This document shows positions 38,860 to 47,105 of a stretch of DNA of 64,000 nucleotides, one piece after another. The notes under the pieces were generated by a model, which saw nothing but the letters and a program-made list of their open reading frames with translations, searched no databases and was not told where the DNA came from. A program made the translations under genes and the position numbers. Within the stretch, counting starts at the first letter, position 1. Each line of letters begins with the position of its first letter. Origin of the DNA: Candidatus Latescibacterota bacterium (GTDB taxonomy: Bacteria; Latescibacterota; UBA2968; UBA8231); NCBI GenBank assembly GCA_965200315.1, contig OZ241362.1:4736001-4800000 (forward strand), written 5' to 3'.

Positions 38860-40782
38860 TCAGTAATAGTAAAACGCATAGACCAGCGCTGCCCCGCCAA
38901 CGCCGACGCAGGTGCCCAAGATCAGGCCGATGAAGAAGGGCAGCAAGGTGCGGTAGAGCCGGATGCCGCCGTAGCGCAGGGCTAGGAGTTTGATCAGCCA
39001 AGCCAAGAAAATTCCGAACCAGTCGATAGAAACGGTGTTGGTCAGGGCGATGCCCAGCCCCACCGGGTGCAGAGGCCAGCCGGCGAAGCGGTACTGGGCC
39101 AGCGCGAGCAGCCCAGCGAGGCCAGCGCCGATGGCGAGGAACACGGCTACTAGCGGCTCGGCCGGATTGGGGTTGTTGATCGAATTGGCGACCCAAGACC
39201 AGTGGTATTGTGGTGAGCTGACGAAGTACCAGCCGTAGCCGTGGAGCAGTCCGTGGCGGTATCCCAGCCATATATAGCAGACCATGGTGGTTATGAGGCC
39301 GGCGATCATGGCCGCGGACAAAAAGAGTACCAGCTTGCGCCCGCTGATCTTGAGCCGAGCGGGTTCGCAGACCTTGAAGGCGTGGGCGAGGGTGCCCATC
39401 AAAAAGAGCTGCAGGTCGGCCGTCCAGACCATGCTCAGCCCCATCGCGCTCAGCCCTTGGGCCCCAAAAGGGGCGGTGCCCACGAGATTGGTCAAAATCG
39501 GCGGCACGGAGGCCGGAGCGCGCAGACGGCCGATCCCGGTCTGGGCCAACAGGCGGGCAATGCCAAAGAAGATCACCAGCGCGACCAGCAAAAAGACGAT
39601 GCTCCAGACCAAACTCAAGCCGCTGGCCCAAAGGAAGCCAGTCATGTACGTCAGCCCGACCAGTCCGAGCAGAGCGGCGACACGCGGCGAAATCGGGCTG
39701 TCGCGGCTTGGGGCACCGCCGATGATCAGCCGCCACTGGCGACGCAGGAAGTCGCGCGACATCCACAGCGAAATCCCGACGATGCACACAAGCGAGCCAA
39801 TTTGCTGATGGGCTAGCAGCACGTTGGGTGGTGAGTGGGGCTGGGCCGGTAGCGATAGGGCAACGCCTAGCCAGTTGAGCAGTGCGCCTTCGGCGGCGAT
39901 GAGTATGTGAAAAAACCAGACGCTGAACAGCACGTTGAGGCCGACCAGATAGCTCAAGCCCACGACCAGCAGGTCGGTGTTAAGCCCGTAACTAAGCCCG
40001 AACTGACGAATCTCAATGCGACCGCCGGGAATGCCGAAGCCGTGGATGATCTCGATATCTAACACTCGGTCGAGCATGTTGACGGTTGGCAATGCCCAAG
40101 CGATGAGAAACCCCAGCCACAATAGCTTGCTTTTGAGAACGGACGCGGTGGGGTTTTCCAAGCTCTCGAGGAGCATGTTGGGGACGGCGGCAAGGGGATA
40201 CACCAAGCGCTCTTGGCGCGACCACTGGTGATGGACGAGGCTGATTAGGGCGATGCTGACCAAGAAGAAGGCCAGCATGAAGAGGTCCCACCACACGAGC
40301 GGCCCGGCCCACAAGCCCCAAGGCACGGGTGCGGCGGCCTCAGTGCCTTCAAAAAGCTGGCGGATCGCTTCGAGGTCGCGGGGGACGGCCCAGTGGGGGA
40401 TGTGCGGCCAGAGCAGGTCGGACCAGTTGTTTTCTGGGGTGGCGTAGTAAAAGACACCGGCAATGAGCGGGATGAAATAGCCGCCAAAGCCCATGGAAGG
40501 CAGCACCACGGCGACCATGAGCGCGGCATAGACCAAGGCGAAATTGGCTGGCGAGAGGCGCAAGAGCGGGTGGAGCAGGCGCAGCGCGAGGGCGACGACC
40601 ACGAGCCAGAAAATTAGGAAGATGACGCCGACGGTGTTGAAGTGATCGGTCAGCCCAGTGTAGCTTCCATAGAGAACGTAGGTCCGCACACTGGTAAAGG
40701 TCATGCAGACGGTAAAGACTAGGACGAGGCCGAAGGAGAAGCAGGTGCCGAGGAAGGAAGTGGTTGTAGGGAGACGGGGCAT
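38860..40782 (-). CDS. Second DUF6785/DUF6784-like membrane protein
   Basis: Shares YYATPENNWS, QW...ERLVYPL, WPLHPVG, RYGG...PFFIGLILG with 29739-31682. Confidence 0.8.
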   Translation of the reverse strand: MPRLPTTTSFLGTCFSFGLVLVFTVCMTFTSVRTYVLYGSYTGLTDHFNTVGVIFLIFWLVVVALALRLLHPLLRLSPANFALVYAALMVAVVLPSMGFGGYFIPLIAGVFYYATPENNWSDLLWPHIPHWAVPRDLEAIRQLFEGTEAAAPVPWGLWAGPLVWWDLFMLAFFLVSIALISLVHHQWSRQERLVYPLAAVPNMLLESLENPTASVLKSKLLWLGFLIAWALPTVNMLDRVLDIEIIHGFGIPGGRIEIRQFGLSYGLNTDLLVVGLSYLVGLNVLFSVWFFHILIAAEGALLNWLGVALSLPAQPHSPPNVLLAHQQIGSLVCIVGISLWMSRDFLRRQWRLIIGGAPSRDSPISPRVAALLGLVGLTYMTGFLWASGLSLVWSIVFLLVALVIFFGIARLLAQTGIGRLRAPASVPPILTNLVGTAPFGAQGLSAMGLSMVWTADLQLFLMGTLAHAFKVCEPARLKISGRKLVLFLSAAMIAGLITTMVCYIWLGYRHGLLHGYGWYFVSSPQYHWSWVANSINNPNPAEPLVAVFLAIGAGLAGLLALAQYRFAGWPLHPVGLGIALTNTVSIDWFGIFLAWLIKLLALRYGGIRLYRTLLPFFIGLILGTCVGVGGAALVYAFYYY

Positions 40783-41119
40783 GGACGAATTGCGAGTTAA
40801 AATAAAAAAATGAGCTTCTTTATATCTTTAATTAAGAGAATAAATGAGGGGAGCGTAGGCAATGATGCACAGATACAGCATCTCGCCCCGCACTTGGCAA
40901 GCCTTAACACGGGCACAAAAAACGCTTGACTTGGAGGGATTCCCTATATGCAATTATCTAAATATACAGAAGTTATCCTAATACATAGCTGATTGTCGAG
41001 GCATTAGAGGCTTATAAACTCCTGATTCAAGACGCGCTCGATTTCTTAACGATTGTTGAGGCATGTCCAGCAAAGCCGTTATGAAACTGTATCGACTCCT
41101 TCACCCATAAGCAAAAGCC

Positions 41120-42526
41120 GTGAAGAGAAATTCTTTGCCAAGTATGTTACCTAGACCAGTCGGGCGGCAACGAGAGGTCTTGTACCTCCCAGCTGATGGC
41201 CATACAGTAGTGCTCGGTACCGCTGGGAGCGGCAAGACGACGCTCTCTATTCTCCGCGCTCTTTATTTGTCTGATCTGTCCACAGACCACGGTGGGCGGA
41301 CGCTGCTGGTGACGTTCAACCGATGTTTGGTCACCTATATGGAACATCTGGCTGGAACAATTCAGCGACCTGTGGACGTCCGAAATTATCATCGCTTTGC
41401 ATTGGGTTATCTCAACTACAGAGGCAAATTGCCACCGGAGAGCATCTGTAGCCCCGAAGAACGGTTGCGCTATATAAGGCTTGCAGTGAGCCAAGCGCGA
41501 GCCGATGGTGTCCAGAGTCCGATGCTACGACGTTCAGAGGAATTCCTCAATGAAGAGTTCCAATGGATTCAGCAGCATGGTATTGCGAGCAAGGAGGATT
41601 ATGTCGCGGCGGAACGTATAGGCCAGATGGCAACCCGAGTTACAAGAGATGAGCGCCCTTTACTATTCGATCTTTACAATCGATACTTGAATCAGCGGCA
41701 GCAAGGCGGCAAGTCGTACGACTGGGACGACCTCGCCAGTACCGTACTCCGAGAGCTTCAGTTCGACCAGAGTAAACGCCTCTATCGCCACGTAATTATT
41801 GACGAAGGCCAAGACTTCTCGCCCGAGATGCTGCGCTCACTCGCAGCAGCCATACCAGAAAACGGAAGTCTCACTTTCTTTGGTGATATTGCTCAGCAGA
41901 TATACGGGCACCGGATGTCTTGGCGAAGTGCTGGACTTACTGCGACGAATGTCTGGCTATTTAAGGAAAACTACCGCAACACCAAGCAGATTTCCCAACT
42001 CGCGCTCGCGCTCGCAGCCATGCCCAATTTTCCGGATGATCCGGACTTGGTCGAGCCAACGGCTCCGGTTGCCGACGGGCCATCTCCGGCACTTGTGCCG
42101 CTGGCAAGCGAGTCGGAAGAGCGAGAATTTGTCGTTTCGCGAGCGGCCGAATCAGCCCAGACGGGAACAGTTGCCATTTTGTTCAGGACGCGAGATCAAG
42201 AGAGGGCTTTTCTACAGCACCCCCCAAGCGAGGCGACGCGGTTCGATCGTGAACTGAAACAATGGCTAAGTGGTCCGGGGCTTTTCTATGGCACATATCA
42301 CGCAGCCAAGGGGCTGGAGTTTGATACAGTGTTCCTGCCGCTCCTGTCGGACAAATGTTGGCCCCATCCGCCCGACGTTGAACTTTTGGGGGAACAAGAA
42401 GCGGCGGCCCGAAACTCGCGCCTTCTTTACGTTGGGATCACGCGGGCCAGATCGACGCTCGTACTCACATACTCGGGGTGCAGGACGGCACTCTTACCGG
42501 AAACAACAGGGCTGTATCAAGAATGA
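41120..42526 (+). CDS. Compact SF1 (UvrD-like) helicase
   Basis: GTAGSGKT, IIDEGQD, GDIAQQIY, ENYRNT, TYHAAKGLEFD, LLYVGITRAR; alternative start ATG 41144. Confidence 0.92.
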   Translation: MKRNSLPSMLPRPVGRQREVLYLPADGHTVVLGTAGSGKTTLSILRALYLSDLSTDHGGRTLLVTFNRCLVTYMEHLAGTIQRPVDVRNYHRFALGYLNYRGKLPPESICSPEERLRYIRLAVSQARADGVQSPMLRRSEEFLNEEFQWIQQHGIASKEDYVAAERIGQMATRVTRDERPLLFDLYNRYLNQRQQGGKSYDWDDLASTVLRELQFDQSKRLYRHVIIDEGQDFSPEMLRSLAAAIPENGSLTFFGDIAQQIYGHRMSWRSAGLTATNVWLFKENYRNTKQISQLALALAAMPNFPDDPDLVEPTAPVADGPSPALVPLASESEEREFVVSRAAESAQTGTVAILFRTRDQERAFLQHPPSEATRFDRELKQWLSGPGLFYGTYHAAKGLEFDTVFLPLLSDKCWPHPPDVELLGEQEAAARNSRLLYVGITRARSTLVLTYSGCRTALLPETTGLYQE

Positions 42527-43233
42527 CCGAGACGATAGCTTCGATACAGGCCAGCGCGGTGTGCCGAGGAATCACACGCCTTTGCCATTTCACGCCTTCT
42601 CACAATCTTGGACACATCGCAGAGGATCGCGTAGGGATTCTCGCCTCGAAGCATCTTGGGGAGAATGAAAAGGCTGTCTTCAATCCGACGGACTCAGGGC
42701 GCCTAGATGGTTATCCAGACCATGTGTGCTGCTCGATCCAGTACCCGAACGCTTGGTACTTCAGAAAAGCTCGCAGTCGGGGACCGCTATTTCGAGATTG
42801 GGTCATACTTCTAATCAAGCCTCGATACCTGTGGCAGGCTGGCGCGAAGTTCTGTCCCCGCAATGCGGCGGCCGAGCACGGGAGGCTTGTCAATGAAGGT
42901 GCAAAGGCATTCGAGGAGTTATTTGCCGACACCGGCGAAAGTACTTGCACGTACAGGCGTGACCGTCTTCATCCTGATTTCCTTCCTACCGACGAACAAG
43001 CCGAGGTGTTGATTCCGGATCACATCCGACGGGTAGATGTGATCGGCATCGCTGTTTGCGATGACGCACAGGCCCAACGGGAAGTGGCTCGGCTGAAGCT
43101 ACTTGGCCAGAGTCTATCACCGATCTTGATTGTTCCCGAGTTTTTCGACCCGAATAAGCTCAGTCAATTGCTACGTGCTGGTCGGGTTCCGGTCGAGCGC
43201 GAGCATCAACAAGGAGACCCTCATGGCCGATAA
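42523..43233 (+). CDS. darT: DarT (DUF4433) ssDNA ADP-ribosyltransferase, DarT1-like
   Basis: LCHFT..NL, D..RLDG, CCSIQYPN, FCPRNAA, PTDEQAEVL (catalytic Glu); ATG 42523 overlaps the helicase stop. Confidence 0.85.
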   Translation: MTETIASIQASAVCRGITRLCHFTPSHNLGHIAEDRVGILASKHLGENEKAVFNPTDSGRLDGYPDHVCCSIQYPNAWYFRKARSRGPLFRDWVILLIKPRYLWQAGAKFCPRNAAAEHGRLVNEGAKAFEELFADTGESTCTYRRDRLHPDFLPTDEQAEVLIPDHIRRVDVIGIAVCDDAQAQREVARLKLLGQSLSPILIVPEFFDPNKLSQLLRAGRVPVEREHQQGDPHGR

Positions 43234-44890
43234 CAGCGATAGCCAAGCGTACGAACCGATCTTGCCGTTGCAGGCCAAAGCCGAGGGTGCCTTTCTTGCG
43301 CTCGCTGCTGGCGACGCGCTGGGCTGGCCCCAAGAAATAGCTCGAAACGTCCAAGGCAACCCTAAGAACAAAGGGGCACATGTAGAGTTCAAGGGATGGA
43401 CCCGGCGCAGTGGTGGGCGATTACGATCCTATGAGGAAAATATCTACGCCGGAAACTACAGCGACGATACGCAACTTACTCTCGCGGTCGCACGGAGCAG
43501 AACGGACCATGGCCTTGAATGGTGGAAAGCGTTTACGAAGGTGGAACTTCCGCTCTGGACGCTGTACGAACGGGGCGGGGGTGGGGCCACGAAGCGCGCG
43601 GCTAAAGCATGGGGCGAAGGTACATCTCCTTGGATGTCGGACAAGAACAATGGTGTTCGCCGATACTTTGAGGCTGGCGGCAACGGGGTCGCCATGCGTG
43701 TCCTACCCCATGCCTTGTTTCTCGCTGGGCAGGAAGATCCCGCCGACCTTATGTACGATGTCATTCTCGACGGCTTGGCTACCCATGGCCATCCTCGCGC
43801 ACTCGTCGGAGCAACCGTATATGCCTATGCCGCGTGGGTGCTGACCCGCAGGAGTGGTACGCTCCGGTTTGGCGAATTACTAGATATGCTGATTGATGCG
43901 TCACCTATATGGAGCAAATTCCCCAAGTCGGATCGCGATGGCGGGACTTGGTTTCCGGCCGCTAAAGGTGCGATAGGCGATCGGTACGAGTTGATTTGGG
44001 ACCAAACGATTGAGGAGATGCGAGAGTTACTCGCGAAAGCGCAAAGAGGGGTCCAAGCTGGTGCGCTCGCGGACGACCATGTGGTCTTGAAAGAACTAGG
44101 ATGTTTTGGTCGTTCTAAGGGTGCAGGAACCGTTAGCGCGGCTGCCGCCGTGTACCTTGTCGCACGGCATGCAGCACAGCCGGTACAGGCGATACTCAGA
44201 GCTGCCTTTGAGCAGGGCGCGGACACAGACACACTCGCGGCCATGACCGGAGGGCTGATGGGATGCTTGGCGGGTGTCGAATGGCTGCCGGCACCGTGGC
44301 TAAAAGTCCAGGATTCCGAATACCTCCGGAACATCGCCAGCCAAATTGCCTTAGGGCCGGACGGCGCGTCCCAGCATCCTGTAGAACCTCTTGCAAACCC
44401 TCAAGCTATCTTCTCTGACCTTGCTCGGAACGGAGACCGCGAAGTAGTCCTTGGCGGCTTAGAACGAGTTCGGGCAACGCCTCTGCCGATCCCAAAGCCA
44501 ATTGCCCGATCAATCACGGTCCAAGCATGGCAGCTAAAAACTTCCGATGGCCAGACCATGTATGTCACCAAGGTGGACCATTTGCGGGACGACAGGGCGA
44601 GCCATACGCTGGAGCCAACCCGTCCTACAACTCCCAAGCCAGCCAGCGCGAACGAGGCGGTGGAATCCGTTGGGGTCTCAAAGAACGCGCTCTACGTTGA
44701 GTTTTGCCGACAACTGCAAAGCCATCTAGAATCTAGGGCAATGAAAACCAAAGAAATAGAGAGTGCTTTGGACCTCGTTCCAAGCCAAGTCAAAAAATGG
44801 CTGAGCCGAGCCGAACAGGATGGACGGATTCGACGGATATCCAAAAAGCCCGCAGAATTCGCGCTATGTGACCAGAAGTTCCTGCAGTAA
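43223..44890 (+). CDS. ADP-ribosylglycohydrolase (ARH/DraG family) with C-terminal extension and wHTH
   Basis: AAGGAG RBS; GDALG, SDDTQ, GNGVAMR, THGHP, DTDTLAAMTG; C-terminal TKEIESALDLVPSQVKKWLSRAEQDGRI. Confidence 0.9.
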   Translation: MADNSDSQAYEPILPLQAKAEGAFLALAAGDALGWPQEIARNVQGNPKNKGAHVEFKGWTRRSGGRLRSYEENIYAGNYSDDTQLTLAVARSRTDHGLEWWKAFTKVELPLWTLYERGGGGATKRAAKAWGEGTSPWMSDKNNGVRRYFEAGGNGVAMRVLPHALFLAGQEDPADLMYDVILDGLATHGHPRALVGATVYAYAAWVLTRRSGTLRFGELLDMLIDASPIWSKFPKSDRDGGTWFPAAKGAIGDRYELIWDQTIEEMRELLAKAQRGVQAGALADDHVVLKELGCFGRSKGAGTVSAAAAVYLVARHAAQPVQAILRAAFEQGADTDTLAAMTGGLMGCLAGVEWLPAPWLKVQDSEYLRNIASQIALGPDGASQHPVEPLANPQAIFSDLARNGDREVVLGGLERVRATPLPIPKPIARSITVQAWQLKTSDGQTMYVTKVDHLRDDRASHTLEPTRPTTPKPASANEAVESVGVSKNALYVEFCRQLQSHLESRAMKTKEIESALDLVPSQVKKWLSRAEQDGRIRRISKKPAEFALCDQKFLQ

Positions 44891-44934
44891 AGATGTCCTT
44901 CCGAGTAGCAGTCAACCGTCGTTAGGGCGGTAAC

Positions 44935-46749
44935 ATGCCCCGCTGCGTAGCTAATTTTCATACTCCATACCTCGGCTGGCTCGTCTTCGCCCTCGCCCTC
45001 GCGGTGCGGGTCGCCTATATCCTCGAAGCAGATGCAAGTCCGCTTTTTGCACATCCGGCGGTCGATGCCAAGACGTACACCCACCACGCCCAGCGCTTGG
45101 CGGCGGGCAACTGGTTGGGCGTCGGCGAGGGGCCGTTTTGGCAGCCGCCGCTGTACCCGTACTTCCTCGGGGCGGTAAAGAGTCTTTTTCCAGAGTCATT
45201 TTTTTACGCCGTGCGCTTTGTGCAGGCTTTGCTAGGGGCGCTGGTCTGCGCGATGAGCTGGTGGCTCGGCCGCGCCTTGTTCAATCCGATGGTGGGGTTG
45301 CTGGCCGGGATTGGCGCGGCGCTGTGCGGGCCGCTGATCTTTTTTGACGGCGAGCTGTTGCCGGCTTCACTGGCCGCTTTCGTCGATCTGCTGGCCCTAG
45401 TGGTGCTTTTGCGCGTCTGGCGTCGTCCGAGCCGTTGGGGTTTTTTGGGTGCCGGGGCGGTCTTTGGCGTTGGTGCGCTGGCCGTGCCGACGGTGCTGAC
45501 TTTTGCGGTCGCCGTGCCCGTTGTCCTCTTGTGGCGTGCTCCCCGTCGGCCGGGTTTGGTCTGGGCCGGTGCGTTCTCGCTCGGAGTGGTTTTGGCTATC
45601 GCGCCGGTAGCTTGGCGCAACTGGGCCATCGGCGGCGACGGGGTGGGGATTTCCTACAACGCGGGGATCAACCTGTACATCGGCAACAACCCCGACTATG
45701 CAGAGACCGTGGCCATCCGCCCGGGGTGGGAATGGGACGATTTGGTCACCCAACCGGCGCGGGAGGGGGTTGAACAGCCCTCAGCTAAGTCGGCTTATTT
45801 TGCCTCGCGGGCTTGGGACTACATCCGCGGCGATCCGATTGGCTGGCTGGGGTTGATGGGGCGCAAGTTAGGGGCGTTTTGGCACGGCGACGAGCGAGGG
45901 CGCAACCAGCCGATCTACTTCTGGCGCACGTACTCCAAGGTGCTGTCGGCGACTCTGTGGAAAGCGGGCATTGCTTTCCCCTTTGGCTTGGTGGCCCCCT
46001 TGGCGCTGTGGGGCATGCTGCTGAGCGTGCGGCGGATCGGGCCGACGTGGCCGCTGCTATACGTGCTGTGCTATTGTCTGGGGGTGGTGGCGTTTTTTGT
46101 GGCGGCGCGCTACCGGGTGCCGGTGTTGCCGGTGCTCATAGCTTTTGCCGCCTACGGGTTGTGGGTGCTGTGGGACTGGGGACGAGCGGGCTGTGGGCGC
46201 AGCTTGGGGCTGGGGTTGGTTGTCTGCGCGGCCTTTGCGGTGGCGGCCAACAGCCATCTAGCGCCAATGGACATGCAAGGGGATGCGGCCATCCACTACA
46301 ATCTGGGCAATGCGTATGCCGAGGCTGGCGACAAAGAGCGGGCACTGGCGGCGTTTGAGCGGGCGGTGGCTGAGGACCCGGAGTACTGGCAGGCGTGGGT
46401 AAATCTGGGGGGGGTCAAGGCGGCACTGGGCGATATAGAAAGCGGTGGTGCCATTTTTGCGCGGGTGGCGCAAAAGGCCCCGCGGCAAGTCGAGCCGTGG
46501 ATGAACTTGGCGCACGTGCGGATCATGCAGGGCGATGCAAAAGGGGCGATACCAGCCTACGAGGCCGCGCTCGCGGCCAATCCGCGCCTCCTACCGGCCT
46601 ATGCGGAGATGATGGTCCTGTATGGACGGCTAGGTGCGCCCGCCGAGGCCGCCCGAGTGCTCAACCGCGCCGTGGAGCACCTGCCCGCCGAGCGCGAGCG
46701 GTTGGAGCGGCTATACGGACGGCTGCTCAAGGCGGCTGGACGACCTTGA
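44935..46749 (+). CDS. GT-C glycosyltransferase (PMT_2/GT39-like) with C-terminal TPRs
   Basis: VDAKTY, PPLYPYFL, NLYIGNN, RYRVP, multiple TMs, HYNLGNAY TPRs. Confidence 0.85.
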   Translation: MPRCVANFHTPYLGWLVFALALAVRVAYILEADASPLFAHPAVDAKTYTHHAQRLAAGNWLGVGEGPFWQPPLYPYFLGAVKSLFPESFFYAVRFVQALLGALVCAMSWWLGRALFNPMVGLLAGIGAALCGPLIFFDGELLPASLAAFVDLLALVVLLRVWRRPSRWGFLGAGAVFGVGALAVPTVLTFAVAVPVVLLWRAPRRPGLVWAGAFSLGVVLAIAPVAWRNWAIGGDGVGISYNAGINLYIGNNPDYAETVAIRPGWEWDDLVTQPAREGVEQPSAKSAYFASRAWDYIRGDPIGWLGLMGRKLGAFWHGDERGRNQPIYFWRTYSKVLSATLWKAGIAFPFGLVAPLALWGMLLSVRRIGPTWPLLYVLCYCLGVVAFFVAARYRVPVLPVLIAFAAYGLWVLWDWGRAGCGRSLGLGLVVCAAFAVAANSHLAPMDMQGDAAIHYNLGNAYAEAGDKERALAAFERAVAEDPEYWQAWVNLGGVKAALGDIESGGAIFARVAQKAPRQVEPWMNLAHVRIMQGDAKGAIPAYEAALAANPRLLPAYAEMMVLYGRLGAPAEAARVLNRAVEHLPAERERLERLYGRLLKAAGRP

Positions 46750-46772
46750 GCAGAGGCAGGAGTCGTTGCGGC

Positions 46773-47008
46773 CTAGGAAGTCTCGCGGCCTGGGTTCTCA
46801 ATCTCAAGGCAAAGTTCAATGACAACTTCCAACTGCTGACGAACTTCCTCTGGCGTATCTCCATGACAACAGTTCCCGCCGGCAATTGGCGCGTAGCCGA
46901 TGAAGCACTCGTCTTCGTCTGACCAGTAAATACGATAGAGACATTCGCGTCCCTTTTTCTCAACCCTGCCATCTTCAATAGTCGCTGGGGATGGAGAACC
47001 TCGTTCAT
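46773..47008 (-). pseudogene. hicB: HicB-family antitoxin, frameshifted near 5' end
   Basis: Alternative frame YRIYWSDEDECFIGYAPIAGGNCCHGDTPEEVRQQLEVVIE; ATG 47008 is out of frame. Confidence 0.7.
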
Positions 47009-47103
47009 CGTTTGACCTTTCTGAGACTTAGTTTAATGTCTCTTTCTTGATAAGGTTTGGCGTCCGCTCCTCGTTGGCCGGAAATCGTCACGATGACTCT
47101 CAA
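47005..47103 (-). pseudogene. hicA: 3' fragment of HicA-family toxin
   Basis: VIVTISGQRGADAKPYQERDIKLSLRKVKR*; stop overlaps the hicB ATG. Confidence 0.6.
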
Positions 47104-47105
47104 AT

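Noticed and set aside
40926-40954. Sigma70 promoter for the DarT operon
   Set aside because: TTGACT is present but the -10 box (TGCAAT) is too poor to call.
41120-42526. Gabija GajB assignment
   Set aside because: No adjacent OLD/TOPRIM GajA; the neighbours are DarT and ARH.
43223-44890. Nitrogenase regulator DraG
   Set aside because: No draT or nif context; long C-terminal extension; coupled to darT.
46727-47008. 93-aa ORF ending LKVVQPP like the CRTAC1 protein
   Set aside because: Out-of-frame reading of hicB running into the duplicated 26-mer.
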